Shown here one piece after another: positions 13,801-26,000 of a stretch of DNA of 64,000 bases. The position numbers were made by a program, and so were the translations under genes. Origin of the DNA: Botryllus schlosseri (Eukaryota); contig CM119373.1 in assembly GCA_051294905.1 (NCBI GenBank), positions 1,242,001 through 1,306,000 of the forward strand, read 5' to 3'. How positions within the stretch are numbered: position 1 is the first letter of the stretch; every line of letters starts with the position of its first letter. Under the pieces are notes generated by a model. The model ran no database searches. It had not been told where the DNA came from and saw only the letters and a list, made by a program, of their open reading frames with translations.

Positions 13801-14260
13801 CCCCTTGGTCACGCTCTGATTGGGTAGTCAACCTTGTTATTGACGATCGATTTGCAGCACTAATTCAATGCAAAAGTCGGTGTTGTTATATGTGGAGTTT
13901 GAAGATGTTTTATATCGAGATGGGTGTCAAGATTTGGTGTGGTATATCCTAATGATGTCATCTGATACTATGCCGAGTTTCAAAGTCGTCACTCAATGAC
14001 TAGAGTGTTAATTTCGTTATCGAAGTCAAGTGTAGATTTGTTAGCGTCGATCGTAGTGCAGCACCGTTGTGCTGTGTGTGCGACTCACCCTGTGGGATGT
14101 TCGTCGGATAGTTAGATAATTTATTATCTACTGATATATATTCTACTGGAATTTTACCTAGGCCAAAAATATACCATCAGCCAAGCCATCATAAAAACAT
14201 TATCTTTGAACGTTAACTATTGCAGATTTCTAGACTTAACTGCTAATTGCATATTGTAAT

Positions 14261-17200
14261 ATGGTTTACTGCTGTGTTCCGGGATGTAACTGGTCTTCGG
14301 TCAAATCGAGAAAGGCGGGTGCCGGGCGTACATTCTTTAAAATATTAAGGCCAGATCTAGCAAAAAATGATGAACACAAGATGCACAGGAAATCATTGCA
14401 GGGATTTATTTTGTCATTACGAAATGCATCACATAAGAATGACACAGTGGCGGCTCGTGACAATATCGGGTGGTGGGGCAAGGGCTGCGAGCGACTTTTA
14501 TCAACATGACGTCACAATGGCGTTTTCCAACGTAAAAACGTAACTTTATGATGGTCACATGAATTTCCCGACAACAGTGATTTTAACGTAGGTGCCGCCA
14601 GAGGTTTGCCGGTGAACCGTGACTTGAAGTGTGGTAACAAATGTTTTATTCATTTATTTTTAATCAAAGGATTATTTTACAAAATGTACGTGAACTAAGA
14701 ATCGTCCCTATGCCACGAATCAAGTATCAGGTCATCCTTAGTAGCATGCGTTTTGATTTCATGGTAGAGTTATAGATTACGCAAATCGATAGACCCTAAA
14801 ATCCGACCGTCACCCCAAATTCGAAATCCGGATCCAGTCCGGCCAGGTAAAAAAACATTGAAATCCTGCTCCGGCTCCTGAACCGGACTGTGGCCATCTC
14901 TGGTTACGACCAGGTGATAATAGGCAACCAAAGCGGAGGCACCCGGCGTACGATTGGATCAATAGACTGGACAACTTCTAGACCTCTCATTTTCGCTCTA
15001 AAGGCAACTGCGTAAACTACGTACGAAATAAAGATTCAATACGATTCATGTTCGCACTTGACTTGACCTGACTAATTCCAATGACTAGAACTCGAGAGAT
15101 TGCGTAAGCCTAACTGGAAAGGTCAACGAGTTCGGACACATACGCAATTGTTATCTCATAGATTGGACCTGTCATATTGAATCCAGAACATCAATTTGAA
15201 TGGTCTTTGAAGAACTAAGGACAGCGGCCTCGGAACTTCGGTCTCGGAACAACATAGTACATTTTGGCCTTGAAACTGGAGATTGTGACACAACACATAC
15301 GGCTTACTGTCTATAAGTCTGCTGCGAAATCGCCGTTGGAAAATATATTAATCAATAAATACATGAATAAAAGCCGTAACTTAGTATACTGTTACAAGAA
15401 ATCATCGAGAAGTAGCATACGCAATCTCATAACCCATTCCGGTATGGTACACTGTCAAAATCAATGCAAACAGACGAACACCGAACTTCGAGTAAAATAG
15501 ATCGAGGAATAGGCTGATCGAATGATCAGCTGTTAGCCGACATCGAAAATGAAATAGCTATCGCAATTGACAGGGGATTGTAAGCAAATGGTTTGAAGGC
15601 CACAATTTCACAGTGAAATGGACATTGGCGAACATAAAATTATGTGAATATTTGAATGCAAACCGAGAATCTTGGTTAGCTGTTTCATGCGATCATCGAG
15701 ATATACCATTGGAAATATCATCACCGATCTCGTTAGGGAACGCAGACTATAGATTAGCATAGACCGACACCGGCTTTTGCGTGAGATCCGCAATGACGTA
15801 GGTAGGCTAAGTATCAGATCAGCACGCATCTCTACCATACTCGACCTCGAAAACGAAATAACTGCCTCAATCATTGAGTGTCAACTTTAAGACTTGGCAC
15901 CGCGTTCGATACTAAAATCAAGACATACCGTGTGAAAGCTCATGACAGATCTAGGCCCTATTTCTTGTCGCATTCTTTTTCTATACTATCTTCTTTACTT
16001 TCATTCAGTGTGCATGCCTCCTCTTTACATCGCCTAGGCCAAGGTGGGTGTCAGATTCCATAGACTACTCCTTGTCGCTTCGACATCTTCCTGTCTTTTC
16101 ATTGTATCGCATTTTTTGTGGTGTATTGAACTGATAAAATTGCTAATAAACCAATGATGATGATGATGAGGTATGGAACATCGTTAAAATCAATAGAGAC
16201 CAATAACGGCTTTTGCGTAAATTTGTTGGCGATAAATGAAGAGTCAGCTCTTACTCGACTTTGGAAACGAAATTACCACCCACATAGTTCAGTGACAAAC
16301 TTAAAACTTGTTACAGCGGTCGATACTAACACTTACCGTGCCAAATGTCATGACCGATCTGGGTATAGAACATCGTCAAAATCAATGGAGACCAATACCG
16401 GCTTTTGAGTAAAATCTGTTTGCTGTACTATGTACATGATAGATCAGCACACACTGAACTTCGGAAACGGAATTACTACCATTATCTTTAAGTAGCAAGC
16501 CTGAAACTTGGAGCAGTGTTCAATACTACCTTCACGACATATCATACCAAGTTTCAAGAATTATCATGGTGCGAAACACCGTCAAAATCGACCTATACCA
16601 GCAAAGGTCGACTCAACGCATATTACGGTAACCGAGTTCAGATATAGATACGATTGTTACATCACACCTTAAGGGCGAGTAGGCATATTTGCCCCGGTTG
16701 CTCGGCCATTTTACGAATAGGAGAGAGTAAATCACCGTTTCTTTATTGTGCGCGGCTTTGAGAGAATAGATAGTGAAAGCTTGTTATGAGCGCTACCGGG
16801 GCAAGCCCCGGCTAGGCATTCACAAAGCGAAAACACAGAAGAGAATTCGATTTTCGCAGAGACTTCGCTATGTATGGGCGTTTGCAAGCGAAAGCACAAG
16901 AAGAACGCGGGTTTCGCTGTGATCTCGGTATATATTGATTGCTGTGCGTCTATAAATGGTTAAATTGTTATTGAACAGAATTTTAGGTGGGGCAATGCCC
17001 CAGTTGCCCTATAGGACGAGCCGCCACTGGAATGACAGTATATTGCACCAACTTCACAAGGAAACGTAAGATTAGACTCGGCAACAGACAACATAGTGTT
17101 TTGATAAAGCGATTAGCTTCATGATTTGTAGTAGGTTATGGCTTCAACCCAGGCCGAAGTCTTAATTGTAGAAATGTTATCCACGGCTTTCCCTATTATA

Positions 17201-20200
17201 GAGGCTAGAGACTGAACGACAATGTGGATAGAGAATACAGCATTGCTAATTGAAAACTTCAAGGTTCTTCCCTCGTTCAGTGTTTCATTATTCAAAACAG
17301 TATTGTTTTTCTTTGAGTCAAGGAAGGAGTCTGGTCAGTGATCTCCATTTGGAGAAATCGAAAGCAGATTCAATGTAAAATATTTCCAGTCATAATTCAG
17401 ATTCTTGAGTCCTACAAAAAGATCGATATGCCATTGATGTATAAAAATATTTCTAGTATAGCGACCACATTCTTCAGCATTGAGATTCTGTATACCGGTA
17501 TTGCTTTTCAGTGCTCATATTTGTGATGTGCATTTTGATGATGGTGATGACATCATCACTCTGAAGGAAAGGAGGAATTTGAAGATTGGCGCTGTACCAA
17601 AACACCACTTGCCCAAATCTCAAAATAGTTGTGTGCCACGCAAATCACCAGATGTTCGAAAAGTTCAACCGCCAGCTGCTGTTCGAAAAGTTCATCCTCT
17701 GAAAATCAGGCACTCAGACCAGGAGGGTATTTGGCATTCGATTAACAGCCTGTCATCGACATCGAAAGGTGATACTGACATGTGTTTCAATTTGCATAAA
17801 CCAATGGTTATAGCAGGGTAGCCTACTTGTGTTCGTTGGCAGGTGATTGGATCTTTTACTCCAGAAAAGAGATGCTAGTCATGGAACTGCAATGGAATGA
17901 TGCTGTTGTTCCTCGAATACGGTATGGTACAGTATAACCTGACATTGACATTGGTATGATAGCACCTTCTATGGCCAAGCACTAACAGGACTTGCCTTTA
18001 GGTTGGAGTTCGTACAGGATATTGAGCAGATTCATGCTTCATTTTATGGCTGGAAAATCCCCATTGACAGCACCACTTTACCAAACCTTAGATTCCAAAC
18101 CTTGCATTCATTTTTGAGTGAGTTCCATCCAATATTTTGAAGCATTTTTCGCAGTTTACATAGCAGTAGTAAAGGGAAATGATGGAATGAATTATTCGTA
18201 GTTGGTTGTACGGTTTCAAGGCGACTAAATTTACAGGGGATATGGAAGCGCTGAAAATCTGTGGTGGTATTTCGGATTTAGTCTCCCCACGAGATATTAT
18301 TATCCACCCTATTCCTATTTGGGATGGCACCAGAGTCGCATGTAGGGATTTTAAGAGATCTGCTCAATGTATGATCATTGGTAAAGTAGATGCTCAAATA
18401 TATAGCTATTCAGTTTGAGGCAATAGTATTATTTACTATCATAGTTGAAGATTGTGAGGACAGTTCTTCGCAGTGCATTCTGTGTAAGGAGTTGGAGACC
18501 TCATCTGAGTTCACGGTGCAGCTGGATGAAGATTGTAATATTTCCTTTGAGGTAATCAGATTCACTACAGGCACTGCAGTTAACAAGGTAGCAAAGCCTA
18601 ACTATAGCATATCTCTGCAAGCTGTTGAATATGAGCTACTGTGTGCAGTTTTCATTTGTATAATTGTTTCTAAGTTGCCATGCCTCTTTTTAGACATCTC
18701 AGGACATGGCTGGTGAACAACTAAATGACTGGCAAAAAGTTTTCATTTCCAATCAGACAAGAAGGAGATACCACCCTGATGTCATCAGATGGGCTCTGGA
18801 ATTGCACTGTCGTTCACCTGCCGCATATCAGCATATCGTTACCAGCAAGGCTCTTGTGCTTCCTTCAAGCAAAACATTGCAAAGATTTAGGTGAATGTGT
18901 TCTTTTCATCTGTGATGTAGATCCATATATTTATGATGATTGATTTCAATGGAACTTTGTGAAGCCTGAGCCTGGCATCAATGATATCGCATTCGAAGAA
19001 ATTGATAGAGTAATGACACAACATGACCACCTCCCTGCCTTCATCACCCTCGATAAAATGAAAAGTAATTAAGTGTGCATTTTGACATATATGATTGTAA
19101 TTTTTTTTCGTGAAATTTTTCAGTCAGAGAAAATTTAGTGATGTCCGAAGGTAAATTGGTGGGCTTTATCGATGCGAACTTTTCTACCGAGTGCAAACTA
19201 GCTACTCACATTCTTTGGTGGGTATATTTTTCAATAAACTTGTATAATTGCAAGTATGGAATTACAATATTTGATCATTTTCCAGTGTTTTACTTGCGCA
19301 CAGTGAAAGGTGAAATCTCTCTTCCCATTGCTTGGTATCCCACAATCGTCACTCATGGAGGAGATCTGGCATTGAAATTCTGGACCTTACTTCGTCACTG
19401 CGAGATAAGAGGCATTCAAGTTCATGCCGTTATTGCAGACGGCATGTCTACGAATCGCCAATTTTTCAAAGTGTTGGCTGGAAGTCAAGAGATACCTCTT
19501 AACTCCTCTTTCTCGGCACCGAATTCATACGGCCGTAATAGACCGATACTGATCTTTTCTGATCCACCGCACCTGCTCAAGGTATTGTGCGAAGCTATAC
19601 TCTTCTTTCATGATAATTGTGATTTATTTATTACATACTGTGAGGAATGCTCTGCATTCCTCCAAACCAAGTGGAACCAAATATATGAACAAAAATGGGC
19701 ATGATATTCTTTGAACTCACATTCTGAAACTTTATGAAAATGAGAAATACAGCCTCATGCTCAGAAGAACAAGACTCAGAGGCCCATATTAAATTGAATC
19801 CATATTCTAAAGTATGTTTTCCATTTTAGTATATTGTTATCAGACTTATCACTAATAGCAATTGAAATCTAGATGAAAGTAAACCTGGCAAGGGACATTC
19901 TGAGCTGGAATTTGTGCAAGATCTTCTGTTGTGGAAGGTAGTATTCAAATTTTTCCAATATGAGAAGTAGCCTACATATCTTATATATTTCAAAGGCTGA
20001 AGTGGATGGATTGGGTGACCAAAAGCGTATTCTTCCACGAGCAACCTTGGAGGGATTGATCTTCACATCACGCAATTTCGTATTTCTTTGTGAACGATTA
20101 CTCCGAGAGTTGGATTATGTTTGCCTGCGGACCTTCTCACAAGATGTTTTGGAAGCTTTCTTCGGAAATCTTGTAAGAACCAATTTGTCCTGAATAATAT

Positions 20201-20397
20201 CTCGTGTTCAGAGAAACTTGGGCAGGCATTCGCAAAATCCAGATCTCAAGGCTGTGGCTTACGGAGTGCAGCAAATCACCCAGCGCAAAATTATAAAAAA
20301 GATAAAAGGGGGTAATACCACTTTTGGCACAAAAAACGCGTGGCAAGAGGTCTGCAATGAGCCGATAGTGAAACGTCGTAAATCCAAAGGTCTGTAA
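14261..20397 (+). pseudogene. THAP-domain P-element-type transposase, ~13 exons, disrupted (locus P1)
   Basis: THAP CCVPGC (14261) joins across an insertion to ICDVHF...GAVP (17511+). Downstream motifs RYHPDVIRWAL..SPAAY..LVLPS, LDKMK, IADGMSTN, FSDPPHLLK, MKVNLA and SQDVLEAFFG; stop at 20395-20397 and AATAAA at ~20438. Internal stop and deletions. Confidence 0.88.
14445..17029. mobile_element. Non-autonomous hAT-type element inserted in the THAP exon
   Basis: TIRs cagtggcggctcgt / acgagccgccactg and a perfect 8-bp TSD gaatgaca (14437-14444; 17030-17037). Confidence 0.9.
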
Positions 20398-21230
20398 GAC
20401 CTGGTGTGCAGTAGAGTACGCGGCATCCTAATGTTGCAATAAATTAGATTAGAATTGAAATAATTGAAGCATAGAAACATTATACAAATTAGATTACTGG
20501 TATTTCGCTCTAAAATTATCTCGACTCAGAAAGGGGTTTATTTACGGTGCTTCAATGATGGAAATGCAAAGGGTCTGCAAGGTTATTCAGTCAATACGGT
20601 TAAGTACTGAGTTGGGACCACTTGGGTCAATATTTTAGAACTATTTTTTTTGACTCGTCACTTCATCGTACTTGTACTCGAGTCATTGCGCATGACTTGA
20701 TATCAATGTATATATGTGCTAGATACTGTTCAGTGCTCACCTTATCTTATATTTCCTCTCAATAGAAGTGTTCCGTAATGGAGTAGCAAATCATGTCGCT
20801 TCTTTTTTCAGAATAAAAATAATTATTCTACCTGTGCTTGTCTTCTTGTCACTCAAATATAGGGGTAAATTGTAATACAAGATTCAGAACAGATTGTGGT
20901 ATCCTCCTAAGACTCAATTTATTGCCATCAGATTGCAGAATAAAAAAATAAAAATGGGAGTCAAGCACAAGTAGTGAAGGTGGAGCAATGTTGACGATGC
21001 AAAGCTGCTATGCAATAAAAACCAATATAATAATACAAGAGAAAGAATCCATAACATGGATGCACTAATCAATAATAATCAGATTAGATTTTAATCTGAA
21101 CAAGACACACATTGTGTAATGCAATACACAAAAAACAATGCATTGTAATGAACATAGGACGATGCCGAGATAACCAGTGAATACATAACTGAAAATGCTA
21201 ATGACGAGCCAAAACTATTGAATTCGCGTG

Positions 21231-21600
21231 CTAGCAGCCTTTACTTTGCAATTTCAAATTACCTCTCAACCCTTTGGTCAACAGACACTTCCCTCGGATT
21301 CTGTCAAATAACTTTTTGGCAAATCCTCTTCCAAGAAGCTTGGTTACTGTTTTCACAATATGTGTGAGGATTGCGATATATATTTGCAGCAATTTTGAAG
21401 AAATATTGGTCTTTCAAGATAGTCTCATAAAATACACTTATGTCAACATTACCTGGGGACCTGCTAAATTCCGAAGCTAAGTCTCATAAAATACACTTAT
21501 GTCAACATTACCTGGGGACCTGCTAAATTCCGAAGCTAATTTCAAATAAATATGCTGCAAAAAATAGAACCGCTTCCATGATTACAGGAGCTTTAGATTA
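21231..21600 (-). pseudogene. Convergent partner gene of P1, 3' fragment (P-transposase C-terminal-domain-like)
   Basis: FYFLQHIYLKLASEFSRSPGNVD...LLGRGFAKKLFDRIRGKCLLTKGLRGNLKLQSKGC* aligns by eye with the partner genes at 37107-37990 and 41589-42485. Contains a 59-bp tandem duplication (~21420-21538). Confidence 0.7.
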
Positions 21601-21681
21601 GTCATTTAACTTTTTTTTGACGTGTGAAAAACATTTCCATTTGATTTTAAAAAGGCGACCGGCAGTAAACGGGCGCCTGTC

Positions 21682-21731
21682 AAGACTAAGCATCTCAAAT
21701 TCGCTATAGCGAATTTGAGATGCTTAGTCTT
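21682..21731. repeat. Perfect 50-bp palindrome
   Basis: aagactaagcatctcaaattcgcta followed directly by its reverse complement tagcgaatttgagatgcttagtctt. Confidence 0.95.
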
Positions 21732-22461
21732 CCTGGATGCGTCGACTGAGCCTGGCTGCTGGACAATCACTATTACACTTTAATTGACAATTCAAATACG
21801 ACATCACATGGTCCTCAATAATGCTCTTTATGTCGTGAGTGCATGCCGCACTGTCAATAAACTTGAAATTATCTGGGATAGCTTCAATACAGCATTCAAC
21901 TTTGTTCACTTTCTTGCAAGTAATGGGCTTGAGCTTGCGGGTTGTCAAATTATTGCCGTAATTGCCCGTCAAAACTTTGAGGAGTTGTTCTATTTTTAGT
22001 GGTGCATCTCGAACCAAAGCTAATACAAAATCCCGAGATTTGAAGCTGACAATAGGTCGCATTCTGTAGGTTTTTGAAGATGGATTTCGCAACAATGCAA
22101 TCCATTTACTAAAATGCTGCGATTGAAATTCAATGAATCCGGAATCTCCAACCGAGGAAGTGGTGAACAGTTCCCATTTCTTGATACGCTTTTTATAACA
22201 CATGATATCAACATCTGTGTATTCATTGTCAGCAACGAGCCAAGTGTGCAACCTAAGTGTCGCCTTTTTCTGTAAATTTTTCGCACAAATGTCAAGAGTA
22301 GAAGTGACTGCTTCTCTACCGGGTGGCCATTCGTCAGGATCCAATCTTGCCAAAATAGTAATAGTCTCAACGTCGTTGAAGGTTCCAGGCTCGAATCTGA
22401 CGAATGATCCTCCTACCTCAATTTCATCCCCATCTTTTCCAATTTTGATGGATTCTGTCAC
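21724..22461 (-). CDS. ZU5(-UPA)-domain exon with HFS motif (PIDD/UNC5CL-like), probably a gene fragment
   Basis: 245-aa ORF: IGKDGDEIEVGGSFVRFEPGTF...AVTSTL...FIEFQSQHFSKW. In-frame TGA just upstream, and the 3' end is cut near the palindrome. Confidence 0.6.
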   Translation of the reverse strand: MTESIKIGKDGDEIEVGGSFVRFEPGTFNDVETITILARLDPDEWPPGREAVTSTLDICAKNLQKKATLRLHTWLVADNEYTDVDIMCYKKRIKKWELFTTSSVGDSGFIEFQSQHFSKWIALLRNPSSKTYRMRPIVSFKSRDFVLALVRDAPLKIEQLLKVLTGNYGNNLTTRKLKPITCKKVNKVECCIEAIPDNFKFIDSAACTHDIKSIIEDHVMSYLNCQLKCNSDCPAARLSRRIQED

Positions 22462-22659
22462 ACTGGGTATATCCTTCGCGCGTTTAGCACCACTGTCTCA
22501 GAAATATCCTGGTGAAATATACTAAGAAAAAGTTAATCCATGCAATAATTCGATTTTTAGTACGCATTTTATCAATACTTTTAAAAAGTTTCTTCAGACT
22601 CTAGCGGGCCGCATAGAACGGCGTCGCGGGCCGTAGTTTGCCCACCCCTGGCTTATAGA

Positions 22660-23075
22660 CTAGCGGGGCGGTAGCTATAGCGTTATTCGCTTCTTTCTGT
22701 AAGCTGTGAAGGCGCACTGTATCTAATTCCTGCGTGCTTCGCAAGAACCGATGCTGTGATTTCGCTGCACGGAGAGTCATGCAACCACCGTCGAGACAGT
22801 GTCGTAGCGCGCCGGTAATTAAGCCAAGTCCAGCCAAAGGTTATAGGCAGACAGTCTCCCGACGCCTCAAGCGAGAGGCGCGACAGAATAGAAAAAGTAG
22901 AGACCCGACTCAAGGGAGAGTCAAGTCTCACGAAGACGAGTCTAAAGAAGACTCAAGTAGAATAGGAAATCCGGCGACGATGGAGAGAATGAAATAGAAG
23001 GAGAAAATTAACCTAAGTGAAAAATTAAGCTAGGTACAACGAAACTTAACTAATATTTACGGTAAGTCGGTCTTT
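22660..23075 (-). mobile_element. 5' UTR fragment of a Tx1-like LINE (third copy)
   Basis: Resembles 27770-28235 (gcctcaag..gagg.gcga, gagtct.aagaagactc, same order) and starts with the same AAAGACCGA motif on the minus strand. Confidence 0.55.
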
Positions 23076-26000
23076 GATCTCCAATTTTTTGGTTCTCTAT
23101 GTCGAGACTTATTTTTAGGTTTATAATTGCTTTTTTGTATATCGACAAGATGATCCAATCTATTTTTGTTGTTCCTTCGCTGTAGAGGATCGCGTCATTT
23201 GTTATAGAGGATCGCGTCATTTGTTAGAGTTTTCACTAATATTTCTTCTATGTTTTTTTATTATTTTTTTGGTATACGAGCATGACGTCAGGATGTGCTT
23301 GACGTTATCTTCTTTTTTACCGCAGAATTTACACGTTAGAACTAGGCTAATATTTCTTCTATGTTTTTTTATTATTTTTTTGGTATACGAGCATGACGTC
23401 AGGATGTGCTTGACGTTATCTTCTTTTTTACCGCAGAATTTACACGTTAGAACTAGGTTTTTTCCGTGCTCATCTTTGGTTATATTTCTTCGGCGCTATT
23501 TTTCACCAAACATGTATGAATCATGCGCGATTTTTCGTAGTTTATGATTCGCTCGTTATTTTTTATCATTTTTCTCCCGAAGGATCTTTGTCTGGCGAAC
23601 TTGTTCCAGTTGATTTCCCTTTTTTCAGTTCTTTTATTGCTCTTGTTCTCTTTCAAGCTTTTGATTCTTTTATACATTGCGTTATGAGTGGCGCCATTCT
23701 TCTTCGGTCCATTCTAATTGTTCGGCCAGGTATATGCTGTCCGTCCACCACTTCGGGGTGGGATATTTGTGTGGCTCCGAATTCGAGTATAGTTTTGGGT
23801 TTATTTTATTTATTTTTGTTCCGAGTTCATAAATTGTGTGTTGTTGCCAGATTTCTGTTGGTTCGACCAGTTTTTTCAGTGTTGCTATCTTTTCTATCCC
23901 GCATGCTTGTACTATTGCTGCTATGTCTGGGATGCCCATTCCTCCCACTTTTTGATCTGCTATTAGAGTGTTTCTTGCGATATTTTCGATTTTTTTTCGG
24001 GGTACCAAAGGAATCGGAAGCAGACTCCTTCAATTTCCTTTATATCCTCTTTCGGCATCGGTATTGCCCTCGCGTTGTGCGTTATTTGTGAAGTAACCAT
24101 ACTGTCGAGTATGGTTTTCTTCCCTAGCCAGGTCAGGTGGCGGTTTTTATATGCCTCAGTGATTCGACGGATTTTCGCGGTTCTTTTTGCCATGTTTTTT
24201 CTTTATCTGGTTTTTCAATATTTGGATTTCCTGTTTCTTTAGTACTCCTCATCGTGTATTAGCTGTGCCGGGTCCGGGTTTTTCGTTTAGGTGTAGAATT
24301 TCCGTTTTTTCGGCGTTTAGTTTTTTTGTCCAGTGGCTTGTTCAAAGTTTTCGAATTCTTTGAAGATATGTGGCAGTTCCTCTTCTGCTAAAAATACCGT
24401 CATATCATCAGCGTATTGCTGTATCTTCACGTTCACTTTCCCGATGGCGGCTCCACTGATTTTTCCGTTGTTGTTTATTTTACGCGCGAGGGGGGTCGAT
24501 GCTAATGGCATAGAGCGCCATACATGCGGGGCAACCTTGTCTTATGCCCCTTTGGATTCTTATGGGTTCGGTTAAGGCTCCGTTAACAGTAATTTGGCTT
24601 GTTGCTGTTCCGTATGTTTTTTTTTATTAGCTTGATTAGATGATTTGGAACTTCATAATTCTCTAATATGTGTGATTGATCATGTGAAACGCTTTTTGTT
24701 GATCTAGGTTGACTATGAGCGTTTATCTCATTCTTTCATTTGCGTATTCTAATACCGCTTGGATGTTTCGCAATATGTCGCTAATCCGTCTGTCTTCCAC
24801 TGCGCACTTTTGCATCTGTAGTATCAGGTTTCGCAGCGCTGGTTTTAGTCGGCTTGCAATAATTCCCGTCATGATTTTGTAGTCCGTATTAAGAAGCGTG
24901 ATAGGTCTCCAATTTTCGAGTTTTTCTGGTTCGCCTTTTTTGTAGATTAATGTTGTTATGCCCTCTTTCCAGCTGTTGCATAGTTCTCCGAAGAGGTATG
25001 CATTATTTAGTAATTCCTGCAGGTCGCTCTTTAGTATATTCCAATAGGTTGTGTAAAATTCTTTTGAGAGTCCGTCCGGACCTGGGGTTTTTCCAGTCTG
25101 TCCGGTCCTGGGGTTTTTCCGTTTTTCATATCTTTCAATATATTTTTGATTTCGTTTTGGTCTGTGTGTCGAGGTTTTTCTTTTGTTCCTCCGTTATTTT
25201 CTGGTCCTTCACTGTTTCTATGTATCTGTTCTGCATGTCTGTGTTGTCATTTGGCGATTTGGTCCAGAGCGTCTCGTAAAACTGTTTGACTTCCCCTATC
25301 ACCTCCTCTTTTGATGTTAGTTGTTTTTTTCCGTTCGTGTTTACTATTTCCATCAGTGCTTTGCTATATTTTCACTGCTTTATTTTTTAGAAGAAATATT
25401 TGGATGGATGGTTTCTCATTTTCTTCCAAGTCTTGCAGCTTATATAGCTGGCAATTCCGTCGTAGGCTTTATCGCTATCGCTGTGTTGTTTTTGTGCGAT
25501 GCTATTTTTTAGTGCGACGACTCTTGTTTGTTCGGCCTTTCGTTGTTCGGTGCCGAACTGGATCGGGTATTTCCTGATCTGGGTTTTGAAATACTCCCAC
25601 CATTCATATATGGTTTCGTATTCGTGTTTTTTTTGGTGCATTGTTCATGCAATTTTTTATTATTTTGATACAGGTTATCGTTATCTTCAAACATTCTTGC
25701 GTCGTTTTTCCATGGGCTTCTTCCCCATCTGGCCTGTTCAATCTGTTTTACTGACAGGTGTTGCAGGAAAGTATGGTCGCTAATGTAGTTTAATTTATAT
25801 TTGGAGTGGCTTCTTATGAGGAGGTCCTCTGTAACGTATGCTCGGTCTTGCTTGATGTGCCTTCGTCACTGTATACAGTCGCTTTATGTGTGTTGTGCCA
25901 TCTCCATATGTCTCGTAATTTATATCTTTTTGTGAACTCTTTCCACACTTTCGCTGCTGGTGTCAGCTTGAAGTTGCTGTTGTTTTTCGCGTCGATTTTA

